Shown in pieces: positions 12,401 to 24,583 of a DNA stretch of 64,000 bases; position 1 is the first letter of the stretch, and each line of letters begins with the position of its first letter. Origin of the DNA: Podarcis muralis (Eukaryota); NCBI RefSeq assembly GCF_964188315.1, contig NC_135662.1:7688001-7752000 (forward strand). Reading direction: 5' to 3'. A program made the translations under genes and the position numbers. Under the pieces are notes generated by a model, which saw only the letters and a list, made by a program, of their open reading frames with translations, ran no database searches and had not been told where the DNA came from.

Positions 12401-13408
12401 TTACGAAAGGTTCCTAAGTGGGATCGAACAAGGAGGGTTCATTTCCTGTCTGTCATTCTCCTCCTCATTCAAAACCCGCTGGAGGATGACCACTAGGTTC
12501 TCCCTAGATTGACCTCTCTTTTTCCTCCCAACCAGAAAATAAAGCAAGGGGTTCACACTGCTGTTGAGGGAGGCACACAAAAAGCCATAACGGACTGGAA
12601 TGGGAATTTTCAGGAGTAAAATTAATCTACCGAGAAGAAAGGCATTGAGTGGAAAAGCAAGCATGAGGAAGAAGAGGAGTGTAAGTAAAATAACAATTAA
12701 AAGCCTTCCCCGCTTTCTTGGGTGTGATTTAAAACAGACTTTGATGAAAAGAATCACAGTTGAAATTGTCATAAGTGGGAGACAAAGCAGTCCAGTCAAG
12801 AGAAATTGAAAATTTGCTGTGAGGATATAATGATAGATGTTATCTGGTGTAAAGGCTAATGTTGTTGAGATAATGAAAAGGACTATGGAGAGCAGACAGG
12901 AGAGGACCCATATGAGGGCACACACAGTGGTGGACAAATGGGTAGGCCGGACACACCGATACCAAATAGGGAAGAGGACAGACACACATCTGTCAATGCT
13001 AATGGCTGTCAGAAGAAGTTGGCCAGTGTTGTATGTGATGGTTAAGAGACGATTAGCAATAATATAAAGAACATAACCAAAGTGAGTAAACCTAATAAAA
13101 GCATGGAACTCTAGGCTCAGGAGCAATGCAAAGTCAGCAACAGCCAAATTAAGGATGTAGGTGGTGAACGGATTCCTCCTAATGTGGAACCCAAGAAGCC
13201 AGATGACAGTTCCATTCCCCAAAAATCCCACAAAGCAGATAACTAAAATAAAGCCATATATTATAGATACTTCATATTCCTTATATTTGAAATTTCCTTG
13301 ATCATCAGATGAGCTATTATAAGTGCCATTGTACTCCTTATATGTCACAGCATCCGCAGCAGATTGCAAAGTCCCATTAATTTGTCTTTCCATGCTGAAT
13401 GACTGCAT
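12401..13408 (-). CDS. MAS-related GPCR, tandem copy 2, intact, 335 aa
   Basis: Same motifs as copy 1 (DRC, NPLLY), open frame, acceptor 39 nt upstream of the ATG. Confidence 0.96.
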   Translation of the reverse strand: MQSFSMERQINGTLQSAADAVTYKEYNGTYNSSSDDQGNFKYKEYEVSIIYGFILVICFVGFLGNGTVIWLLGFHIRRNPFTTYILNLAVADFALLLSLEFHAFIRFTHFGYVLYIIANRLLTITYNTGQLLLTAISIDRCVSVLFPIWYRCVRPTHLSTTVCALIWVLSCLLSIVLFIISTTLAFTPDNIYHYILTANFQFLLTGLLCLPLMTISTVILFIKVCFKSHPRKRGRLLIVILLTLLFFLMLAFPLNAFLLGRLILLLKIPIPVRYGFLCASLNSSVNPLLYFLVGRKKRGQSRENLVVILQRVLNEEENDRQEMNPPCSIPLRNLS

Positions 13409-13892
13409 GTGGAAATCTTGCCTCCTCTTCTGGAGCAGAAGTTTCCTCTAGGAAATGGAAAAGATCACAAAGATGTTTGACTCAGCTGGAATTCTGTGCA
13501 AAACGCAGAACTGTGAGACCCAGAAGCCCATTGAACAACATATAAACCTACAACATCTGTCTATCAAGCAAAAAGTCATATATGTGCAATTCTCTGCAAT
13601 ATAACTGAATCTCCCACATTGGACACCCCTCTGGATTTTTTTCTCATTGAGTTTTGATTGGTGCCAAGAGAAGAAGTCAGTACAGCATTCCCTGGCATTA
13701 TTGTCTGGTATGTAATGTCTCTCCAATATTGGGGTTCAGTCATATTTCTTTTGCTATGGCCAAGCTCATCACGCCTGCTTAGGAGGAGATATCAGTAAGG
13801 ATGAAGGAGATGAACTGGGACAGGATGAGAAAGACACCTCCTTGTTTTGGGAAAGATTGATATAAAGTTTTATAGCAGTGAATTTCACTTAC

Positions 13893-13977
13893 CTACTGCA
13901 CATTCATCCAGCTGGGTGAGGCTATCTTCCAATGCAATAAGAGCAGGCTAGGAATTAATGAGGGTGCGCAGGAGGTT
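13893..13977 (-). other. Predicted 85-nt 5'UTR exon of copy 2 (intron 13448-13892)
   Basis: Same acceptor and AG|GTAAGT donor as in copy 1. Confidence 0.7.
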
Positions 13978-16685
13978 CTGAAAGAGAGGTCAGGCAGTAA
14001 TGTCACATTTTTTCTTATTACGTATAACTCAGTTTTCTTTTTGTAGTTCAGTTCCTAGGATTCTCCCCAAAATAGAGCAAGCTTTCTGATATGTCTATAT
14101 TGGCTCCCCCCTAACCAAGGAGGCTGTTTTTGACAGATGGGAAGCAAACATGTGGGGGAGGGGCAGCTGTTTACCCAAGTAGTAGTAGCACCTTTAAGAA
14201 GCAAACATACTTGATAGATAAACAAATGAACAGATACCCCTGGTGGTGGTGATTCAGAAGATTTATAATACTCTCCCTTCCAAATGCCCCACCCATTTTC
14301 CTAGTGCAAGGCAGCTGAGCATTAGCACTTGTGCTGTTGCTTTAGCTACAATTGAGAGCTGGTGGCATCACACCTTCCTGGCTTTCAGGCTGGCCTTAAT
14401 CCAGGCAGCTGTTTACATCTACATCCCCTTCCTCCACAGTGGCCTCATACACAGCATGCTCGGAAGACTTAGCAATCCTCCTTGCCTACCAGGTTCTCTT
14501 CTTCTGTAGTCCTGAGGCTGATGGGGAAATTTCCAAGAGTTGGCAAAACACAAGTGGCTAATGTGGAGACGTCTGGTGATGGGGTAGGGATGTAACTTAC
14601 CTTCACTTGTAAGGACCAAGAGTAAGGAAATGCTCTACTGGCATTCTGAGTGTTGACTCAAAGAGTGACTTTTAGAAAGGGGAGAAAAAAACTCTTCAGT
14701 GCGATAATGACCCAGTCTATTCTGCATACCCGTTAAAATACATTAATCTCCTTGTGTCTGGATACAATGTTTGTTCTCTCTCTTGGCAAAACCTCAGGAA
14801 GTCACCTTCCTGAGTCTGAGTTAGACTATTGGTTTAGCAAGATCAGAACTTGTCAAACAGACTCTCAGTGCCACTCTCTAGCATTTTAAGAAGTCCTCTT
14901 TCCAACCCTACCTAGGGGTACTTGGGAATTAACCTCTTGCAAGCACTGCAGCTCTGGCCTCTCCTGTAAATGTTTCACCCAACCTTGTGACTAACTGCAG
15001 ATCAGAAGACTTCAGAAATGGTGAGTGCAAGAGAACAAGGACACAGCATCTTGCACTGGAATGGCAGGTCCTAAGGACTTAAGAGAGAGAAAAAATGTGT
15101 CCCCACTCATGCCCCTTGGAGAAAATGTAAAATCTTACCAGTCTCACTCAAAGGTGCAAAACGGTCCCTCCTGTTCTTCATCTGGGTTTAATTTGATTCT
15201 CTGCCTCATAAGACAAGAGGATGCTCTTTAATTGGATATGAAGATAATTATCTATTCTCCATGGAGGAGGAGACTATTGTCATTTATGTCCCAGAAGGCT
15301 ACAGTCATGAAGACTAGGTATGTAATTGGTTCTGGACGAAGCAGCTCATGTCTCACATACTTCTTTATCTGTACCAGACAAATGGAATAAATCAAGATCT
15401 CATCCACACATTTCTAATCAAGACTGTCTAAGCAAGATAACAACTTCCTGGCCTTTTAACGGCCAAAAGCATTTGTCCTGTATGGGTCTTTTATTGGGTG
15501 GCAGAAATGTCTATTGGTGGGGGAGACATGATTACCAAGGGCGGGAGGTTACGCAAACTAGGTGGAGGGGGCAAGCATTCAGAGTCATTTGCTGTGACTC
15601 ATTGAAAGGAGCAGATCCACCAGGTCATCCTTCTCCTCCCCACCTTCATTAGCAGGCAATTCCATGGTAACCCCCTGACTCTCACTCTAACTGTCACAAC
15701 CACCATGTTCGACTTTTTCTGCCTCTCTCTGACCCTCACTCCCTCTATGGTAAACCCCTGGGCTGAGCCTCAAAACCAGGTAGGTTCTGCCTCTGAGCTT
15801 TCTCATTGGTCAATCTACATTAACCATTTCCATCCCCCTATACAAACATAACCACAAGGAATAGGCAAATGCCACATCAATGTCACATTTATTTCTTTTC
15901 ATTTATTTCATAAAATTTATACACTGCTTGATTGTAAAAAAGAAAAAAAAAACACCCCAAAGCAGCTTACAAATGAATAAACAGAAAAACCAAGAAAAAT
16001 CACAACCATACTTTAAAACATGCAAAAGTTAAAATACTGAAGCAGATCGAATATATGTTAAGCTTCTTTACATGATATATTGTGCTTACAGTATTATCAT
16101 TTCAACTCCAATGAACATGTCTCACATACTTCTTTATCTGTACCAGACAAATGGAATAAATCAAGATCTCATCCACAGATTTCTAATGAAGGCTTTCTAA
16201 GCAAGATAACAACTTCCTGGCCTTTTAACGGCCAAAAGCATTTGTCCCTATGTGCCTTTTATTGGGTTGGGGGAGTTGACTATTGGTGGGGAGACATGAC
16301 TACCTAGGGTGGGAGGGAAGGTTGCTCTTGAGTAGGCCAACTAGGTGGAGGGGGGCCAGGAGTCAGAGCCATTTGCCCATGGAAGGGAGCTGATCCACCA
16401 GGTCATCCGTCATGCCCCCCTTCATTAGCAGGCAATTCCATGGTAACCAATGTAATGTTTATTTCTTTTCACTTATTTCATAAAATTTATACACTGCTTG
16501 ATTGGAAAAAAAATACCCCAAAGCAGCTTACAAAAGAATGAACAGAAAAATCACGAAAAATCACAACCATACTTTAAAACATACAAAAGTTAAAATACTG
16601 AAGCAGATTGAATGATGCTAAGCTTTGCTATGATATATTGTGTTTGCGGTAATATTATTTGAACTCCAATTAACATTAATATCTA

Positions 16686-16903
16686 CAGTAGTACCTCGGG
16701 TTAAGAACATAATTCGTTCCGGAGGGCCGTTCTTAACCTGAAAATGTTCTTAACCTGAGGTACCACTTTAGCTAATGGGGCCTCCCGCTGCCGCCGCCAT
16801 GAGATTTCTGTTCTCATCCTGAAGCAAAGTTCTTAACCTGAGGTACTATTTCTGGGTTACCAGAATCTGTAACCTGAAGCATCTTTAACCCGAGGTACCA
16901 CTG
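16686..16903. mobile_element. Tigger-like MITE, site 2 copy in unit 3
   Basis: TIRs and flanks match those of 2152-2360. Confidence 0.85.
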
Positions 16904-17967
16904 CATTTAATATATGTATGAAGCCATTGGATGTGGTCATTATGAGTTTTGGAGCAAGGTGTCAGCACTGTGATGATGTTGACACACAGCTCTCCTTTTC
17001 CATAACATATGAATTGGGAAAGACTGTGAAAACTTGGAAGCAGTATCTTGATGCAGTAGTGGTCTGGATGAGGGCTGATCAACTGTGTTTGAATTCGAGG
17101 ACTATGGGGGCTCTTTGGGTGGGGAGGGGTTCCCCATGTTTTGGAAACTGGCAAGTTCCCTGTTCCGAGTGGAATTGTGATCCCCTTTGAAGGAGCCAGT
17201 GTGAAGTTTGGGGGTAGTTCTGGATTCATCTGTGTCACAGGATGCTCAGATGTCCCCTGTCTCTTCCATTCAGAACGCTGGATTGTATTTTGGTTGACTC
17301 TTGCACCAGGACATTTGCAAGTGATGAGATGTGAAAGCAGTGTTTGGATTTAAAATGTGTCAGGCTTATTTAACACAGTTAAAGTTCTGCAAATGGGTAA
17401 CAGTTACTATATAAAGGAATTCCCAACAGCATGAACTCCTATACATCTGAGGCATAATGTTGCTGTATCTATCACTTCAAAGTGTTGGTCAAGCTCCAGA
17501 GTAGTTTATTCCCTGCTCACAGTCATTCCTTGGAGGTGCAGTTACAGTACAATCCAAACCCAAGATCTGTCAGGATTAATGAGTTTAAAATTTCTTTCCA
17601 TTCATTTTGTTTCCCCCCATTTTCACACACAAAATCCCATGTCCAAAATGTCTTACAAAAAAAGAAAGAAACAGGGATACAGTAAAACACACACACACAC
17701 ACACACTACAAAAAAGCATTTGTCCTGCATGTGTCTTTTATTGGGTGGGGAAGGTGACTATTGGTGTGGAGACATTATTGCCTACGGTAGAGTGGGGGGT
17801 TGCTCTGGAGTACCCAAGTATGTGGAGGGAGGCAAGGAGTCAGAGCCATTTGCTGTGACTCGTGGAAGGGAGATGATCCACCCGGTCACCCATCTCTACT
17901 CTTTAATGATGATGATGATGATAATTAATAATAATTATACCCCAGCCACTGTGGGTGGCACCCAACG

Positions 17968-17999
<32 letters not shown>

Positions 18000-19844
18000 A
18001 TAATAAAATGCCAAGATATCGAACATTAAAAACATCCCTGAACAGGGCTGCCTTCAGTTGTCTTCTAACAGTCAGATACTTGTATATTTCCTTGACACAT
18101 AATTGGAGGGCATTCCACAGGGCAGGCGCCACTACAGAGAAGGCCCTCTGCCTGGTTCCCTGTAACCTCACTTCTGGCAGTGAGGGAATTCCCAGAAGGC
18201 CCTCGGAGTAGGGCCTCAGTGTCTGGGCTGAACAATGGGGATGGAAACGCTCTTTCAGGCAATTCAATGGTTAAAATACTGAAGCAGATCAAATATATGG
18301 TAAGCTTATTTACATAATATATTGTGCTTACGATCATATTATTTGAACTCAAGTTAACATTAATACCTAGTTAATATCTATATGAAGCCATTGGATGCGG
18401 TCATTAGAATTTTGGAGCAAGTTATCAGCAGTGTGGTATGATGTTAACACACAACTCTCCTTTTCCACGACATATGAATCGGGAGAGGCTGTGAAAGCTT
18501 TGAACCAGTGTATAGATGGAGTAGTGGTCTGGATGAGGGTTGATCAACTGTGTTTGAATTCCAGTAAAATGGGGCTCTTTGGGTGGGTGGTCCCCATTTT
18601 TTGAAAATTGGCATGTTCCCTTTTCTGAGTGGGGTTGCACTCCCTTTGAAGAGGCGAGTGTAAAGTTTTGGGTACTTTGGGTACATCTCTGTCACCAGAT
18701 GCTCAGATGTCCTCTGTGTCCACCGTTCACAACTCTGGATCATATTTTGGTTGACGCTTGCGCCAGGACATGTGCAAGTCATGAGATGTGAAAACAATGC
18801 TTGGACTTAAAATGAGAAGTGTTTACTTAACGTAACTACTGTAAAGGTCTGCTAATGGGTAACAGTTACTATATAAAGGAATTTTCAATGGCATGAGCTC
18901 CTATACATCTGAGGCATAATGTTGTTGTACCTATCACTTCAAAGTGTTGGCCAAGCTCCATTAACTCAGGGACCCAGATTGGTTAATTCCCTGCCCGCAG
19001 TCATTTCTTGCAGGTACGTTAACAATGCAATCCAAACCCAAGATTTGCCGAGATTACGGAGTAAAAAATTTCATTTCATTCACTTTATCCCCCCCCCCCC
19101 ATATTCCCATACGAAAACCCATGCCCAAAGTGGCTTACAACAACAAAACAGGGGTACATTTCAAACAAACCATACAAAAACAATTTCATAATAACAAAAA
19201 ACAACAACGTAGTGATAATATCATGATAACATGGGAAAACAAATATATAATAACATAAATTAAAGCACATGTCAATACTATAACAAGGTCACCTAAACAG
19301 CATGTAGCCTCCAACATCAAAAATAACAAGGGAGCTTCCCAATAACTCTCTCATTCAAGGGTATTTGTTTGACTACGTTGAGACTAAGGTTGGATAAGCA
19401 ATCTTCAGATTTCTTGATCACAAGACAAGAGGAGCCTGCTGGGATGGCAGGTGCGAAGGACTTGTGGGGGGGAAATGTGATACGAATTGTGTCCCAAAGA
19501 AGAATGTACAGTTTTTCCATTCTCAGTCCAAGTTTTACAGATGATTCCACCCGATCTTTGTCTCGTCTATTTCAGCTTGTGCAATATAGGTGCACAGTGT
19601 GGAGCATTTTTAGCTGTAGGGCTTTATATCTCCATGGCCAACATTTCAGGGGCTGTATACCATGGTGGGGGGGGGGGACACAGAAGAAAAATTGGGAAAA
19701 GAAAAAAACATGACTCCTGCCTTTGTAGAGTAGGATACATTTCAACTACACAAACCTCAAAATTGTCAACAAAACCCAATCCTCTTTTTCTGGTGAGCAA
19801 GAGTCATCAATGCTGTCCAATGACATAATTCAGCCAAAAGATTC

Positions 19845-20846
19845 TTATGAAAGGTTTCTAAGTGGGATCGAACAAGGAGGGTCCATTTCCTGTCTGTCAT
19901 TCTCCTCCTCATTCAAAACCCGCTGTAGGATGACCAGTAGGCTCTCCCTAGATTGACCTCCCTTCTTCCTCCCAACCAGAAAATAAAGCAAGGGGTTCAC
20001 ACAGCTGTTGAGGGAGGCACACAAATAGGCATAATGGGATGGAATGGGAATATTCAGGCCTACAATCAATTCACTGAGATGAATGGCATTGAGTGGGAAA
20101 GCAAGCATGAGGAAGAAGAGGAGTGTAAGTAAAATAACCGTTAAAAGCCTTCCCCGCTTTCGTGGGTGTGATTTAAAACAGACTTTGCTGAAAAGGATCA
20201 CAGTTGAAATTGTCATGAGTGGGAGGCAAAGCAGTCCAGTCAAGAGAAATTGAAAATATGCTGTGATGATACGATGAAAGATGTCATCTGAAATAAGGAA
20301 AGATGTCAATTTGAGAATGTAGAGGACTATGGAGAGCAGACAGGAGAGGACCCATATGAGGGCACACACAGTGGTGGACAAATGGGTCGGCCGGACACAC
20401 CAATGCCAAATAGGGAAGAGGACAGACACACATCTGTCAATGCTGATGGCTGTCAGAAGAAGTTGGCCAGTGTTGTATGTGAAGGAGAAGAGACATTCAT
20501 CAATACTATCAAGAACATCATCAGGAAAGCTAATAAAAGTATGGAACTGTAGGCTCAGGAGGAATGCAAAGTCAGCAACAGCCAAATTAAGGATGTAGGT
20601 GGTGAATGGTTTCCTCCTAATGCGGAAACCAAGAAGCCAGATCACAGTTCCATTCCCCAAAAATCCCACACAGCAGATAACTAAAATAAAGCCATATATT
20701 ATAGATTCTTCATATTCCTTATATTGGAAATCTTCTTGGTCATTATATGAGCTATTATACGTTTCATCATACTCATTATCTGTCACAGCATCAACAGCAG
20801 ATTGCAAAGTCCCATTGATATTTATTTCCATGTTGAATGACTGCAT
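19845..20846 (-). CDS. MAS-related GPCR, tandem copy 3, intact, 333 aa
   Basis: Same motifs. ECL1 is two codons shorter, and ECL1/ECL2 are divergent and acidic. Confidence 0.96.
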   Translation of the reverse strand: MQSFNMEININGTLQSAVDAVTDNEYDETYNSSYNDQEDFQYKEYEESIIYGFILVICCVGFLGNGTVIWLLGFRIRRKPFTTYILNLAVADFAFLLSLQFHTFISFPDDVLDSIDECLFSFTYNTGQLLLTAISIDRCVSVLFPIWHWCVRPTHLSTTVCALIWVLSCLLSIVLYILKLTSFLISDDIFHRIITAYFQFLLTGLLCLPLMTISTVILFSKVCFKSHPRKRGRLLTVILLTLLFFLMLAFPLNAIHLSELIVGLNIPIPSHYAYLCASLNSCVNPLLYFLVGRKKGGQSRESLLVILQRVLNEEENDRQEMDPPCSIPLRNLS

Positions 20847-21338
20847 GTGGAAATGTTGTCTCCTCTTCTGGAGCAGAAGTTTCCTCTAGGAAATAGAAAA
20901 GATCACAAAGATGTCTGACTCAGCTGGAATTTTGTGCAAAACCCAGAATTGTGAGAGTGAGGAGCCCATTGAACAACACATAAACCTACAACATCTGTCT
21001 ATCAAGCCAAAAGTCATATATGTGCAATATATCTGCAATATAACTGAATCCCCCACATAGGCCACACCCCTCTGGATTTTTTCTCATCGAGTTTTGATTG
21101 GTGCCAAGAGACGAAGTCAGTACAGCATTTCCTGGTCTTCTGGCATTATTGTCTGATATGTAATGTCTCCAAAACTGAGGTTCAGTCATATTTCTATTGC
21201 TATTGCCAAGCTCATCATTCCTGCTTAGGAAGAGATATCAGTAAGGATGAAGGAGATGGACTGAGACAGAATGAGAAAGATGCCACCTTATTTAGGGAAA
21301 GATTGATATAAAGTTTTATAGCAGTGAATTTCACTTAC

Positions 21339-21423
21339 CTACTGCACATTCATCCAGCTGGGTGGGGCTATCTTCCAATGAAATAAGAATAGACTAGGAA
21401 TTAATGAGGGTGTGCAGGAGGTT
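21339..21423 (-). other. Predicted 85-nt 5'UTR exon of copy 3 (intron 20886-21338)
   Basis: Same acceptor and AG|GTAAGT donor as in copy 1. Confidence 0.7.
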
Positions 21424-21855
21424 CTGAAAGAGAAGTCAGGCAATAATGTCACATTTTTTCCTATTATGTATAACACAGTTTCCTTCTTGTTGTTCAGTTC
21501 CTAGGATTCTCCCCCCAAAAGAGCAAGCTTTCTGATATGTCTATATTGGCGGCTTGCCTACCAGGTTCACTTCTTTTGTAGTCCTGAGGTTGATGCGGAA
21601 ATTTCCAAGAGCTGGCAAAAACCCAAGTAGCTAACGTGAAGACCTCTAGTGATGGGGTAGGGATGTAACTTACCTTCACTTGTAAGGACCAAGAGTAAAG
21701 GAAGTGTTCTACTGGCATTATGAGTGTTGACTCAATGAGTGACTTGTAGAAAGGGGAGTAATGAACTCTTCGGTGGGATAACTATTGTTCTGTAGCTTCA
21801 GGCTAAGGATTTAGTAACTCACAGAACGGAGAAAGGAATTCAAAAGGATTCAAAA

Positions 21856-22517
21856 GGGAATTTTCAGGCGTAAAATTAATCTACAGAAAAGAATGACATT
21901 GAGTGGAAAAGCAAACATGAGGATGAAGAGGAGTGTAAGTAAAATAACTATTAAATGCCTTCCCCGCTTTCGTGGGTGTGATTTAAAACGGACTTTGATG
22001 AAAAGGATCACAGTTGAAATTGTCATGAGTGGGAGGCAAAGCAGTCCAGTCAAGAGAAATTGAATATATATATATGCCAAATAGGGAAGAGGACAGACAC
22101 ACATCTGTCAATGCTGATGGCTGTCAGAAGAAGTTGGCCAGTGTTGTATGTGAAGTATAAGAGACAAAAAGCAATACTATGAAGAACATAATCAGGAAAC
22201 CTAATAAAAACATAGATCTCTAAGTTCAGAAGGAATGCAAAGTCAGCAACCGCCAAATTACGGATGTAGGTGGTGAACGGTTTCCTCCTAATGCGGAAAC
22301 CAAGAAGCCAGATGACAGTTCCATTCCCCAAAAATCCTACACAGCAGATAATTAAAATAAAGCCATATATTATAGATTCTTCATATTCTTCATATTGGAA
22401 ATTTCCTTGGTCATTAGATGAGCTATTATAAGTGCCATTGTACTCCTTATATGTCACAGCATCCACAGTAGATTGCAAAGTCCCATTGATATTTATTTCC
22501 ATGCTGAATGACTGCAT
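21856..22517 (-). pseudogene. MAS-related GPCR pseudogene (copy P4): TM4/ECL2 deleted with frameshift, 3' end truncated in ECL3
   Basis: ORF 22050-22517 matches copies 1-3 up to VLFPIW, then frameshifts at a (TA)n filler (22065-22073). The TM5-TM6 remnant QFLLTGLLCLPLMTIS...LKIPF is in another frame and then fuses to spacer DNA at ~21856. Confidence 0.93.
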
Positions 22518-22617
22518 GTGGAATCCTTGTCTCCTCTTCTGGAGCAGAAGTTTCCTCTAAGAAATGGAAAATATCACAAAGATGTTTGACTCAGCTAGAA
22601 TTCCATGCAAAACCCAG

Positions 22618-23298
22618 CCAATCGGTCAATCGGTGCCAAAGAAGGATAGAATTTTCTTTATGTATGCTACAACAGCAGCAAGAATACTCATCGCAAAGTA
22701 CTGGAAGACACAAGATCTACCCACCAGGGAAGAATGGCAGATGAAGGTGATGGACTATATGGAACTGGTGGAAATGACTGGCAGGATCCGAGACCAGGGA
22801 GAAGAGTCGGTGGAGAAAGATTGGAAGAAATTTAAAGACTACTTACAGAAACATTGTAAAATTAATGAATGTTAGAAAGATATTGGAATGAACTTATGTG
22901 GTTTTAGCAGAAATGTTATAAAGGATTAAGAAAAAATAGACTGTTAATTGGTGAAACGAGGGAAAGTAAAGTTATATTATATTAAGATAAATTACAGGAC
23001 AAAAATTGGAAAAGATGGAAAGGATTTGCTGAAATAGTTAACTGAACTAGAATACAAAAAAGGGAGGTGTGAGGAGGTCAAGGAAACAAGCTAACGAAAG
23101 ATAAGTTATGGGAAGATTCGATGTGTTATTTTGTTAATGGATTTTATTTTTCTGTTTTCGTATTTTATTTTTCTTTTTTTTCTTTTTCTTTTCTTATTAT
23201 GATGTGTTGGTTTTGATGTTGTTTAATATGATGTTTTTACTTTTTCTTTTTGTAACCCTTAAAACCTTAATAAATATTATTTTAAAAAAACCAAAAAG
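22618..23298 (+). mobile_element. L1/Tx1-clade LINE 3' fragment
   Basis: ORF2 C-terminus FMYATTAARILIAKYWKTQDLPTREEW...WKKFKDYL, long AT-rich 3'UTR, aataaa and A-rich tail. Same family as 62804-63662. Confidence 0.85.
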
Positions 23299-24067
23299 AA
23301 ACCTAAGTAGCTAATGTGAAGACCTCTGGTGATGGGGTAGGGATGTAATTAGCCTTCACTTGTAAGGACCAAGAGTAAGGAAAGTGCTCCACTGACATTC
23401 TGAGGGTCATTCTGAGGGTTGACTCAATGAGTGAATGAGAGTGTATATGTTTATATATTAAGCGGAATCCCCTCATTGTGTTTGCTTCTAGGAACATGGC
23501 TATCTGCTCCCTTCGTATTGCCTTAATAAGACTTAATAAGACTCAAGACCTCATCCCCACATTTCTAATCAAGGCTGTCTAAGCAAGATAACAACTTCCT
23601 GGCCTTTCAACGGCCAAAAGCATTTGTCCCTATGTGCCTTTTATTGGGTGGGGGAGGTGGCTATTGGTGGGGAGACATGCTTCCCTAGGGCAGGAGGGAA
23701 GGTTGCTCTTGAGTAGGCCAACTATGTGGAGGAGGGCAAGGAGTCACAACCCTTGGAAGGGAGCTGATCCACCAGGTCATCCGTCATGCCCCCCTTCATT
23801 AGCAGGCAATTACATGGTAACCAATGTAATGTTTATTTCTTTTCACTTATTTCATAAAATTTATACACTGCTTGATTTTTTTTTTAAAAAACACACCCCA
23901 AAGCAGCCTACCAAAGAATGAAGAGAAATAATCAAGTAAAATCACAACCGTACTTTAAAACATGCAAAAGTTAAAATACTGAAGCAGATTGAATAGATGC
24001 TAAGCTTTGTTATGATATATTGTGTTTAAGGTAATATTATTTGAACTCCAGTTAACATTAATATCTA

Positions 24068-24301
24068 CAGTAGTACCTCGGGTTAAGAACTTAATTTGTT
24101 CCGGAGGGCTGTTCTTAAACTGAAACTGTTCTTAACCTGAAGCACCACTTTAGCTAATGGGGCCTCCTGCTGCCGCCACCATGCGATTTCTGTTCTCATC
24201 CTGAAGCGAAGTTCTTAACCTGAGGTACTATTTCTGGGTTACCAGAGTCTGTAACCAGAAGTGTCTGTATCCTGAAGCTTCTTTAACCCGAGGTACCACT
24301 G
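24068..24301. mobile_element. Tigger-like MITE, site 2 copy in unit 5
   Basis: Same TIRs. A deletion 5 nt beyond its right end joins directly to receptor fragment P5. Confidence 0.85.
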
Positions 24302-24306
24302 CATTT

Positions 24307-24583
24307 AAGTCAGCAACAGCCAAATTAAGGATGTAGGTGGTCAACGGTTTCCTCCTAATGCGGAAACCAAGAAGCCAGATGACCGTCCCATTCCCCAAAA
24401 ATCCCACACAGCAGATAACTAAAATAAAGCCATATCTTATAGATTTTTCGTATTCCTTATTTTGAAATTTCCTTGGTCATTATATGAGCTATTATAAGTG
24501 CCATTGTACTCCTTATATGTCACAGCATCCACAGCAGATTGCAAAGTCCCATTAATTTGTCTTTCCATGCTGAATGACTGCAT
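24307..24583 (-). pseudogene. MAS-related GPCR 5' fragment (copy P5), N-terminus to TM2 only, with a 1-nt frameshift
   Basis: Reverse strand reads ATGCAGTCATTCAGCATGGAAAGACAAATT (MQSFSMERQI). One base is missing near 24460 relative to copy 2 (ccttat-tttgaaa vs ccttatatttgaaa). The sequence ends after NLAVAD, abutting a MITE. Not in the supplied ORF track. Confidence 0.92.

Noticed and set aside
5719-20846. Tandem receptor copies as purely false duplications of alleles
   Set aside because: The copies differ by many clustered amino-acid changes, indels and TE insertions, more than expected for alleles. Local mis-joins and the true copy number near the gap remain uncertain.
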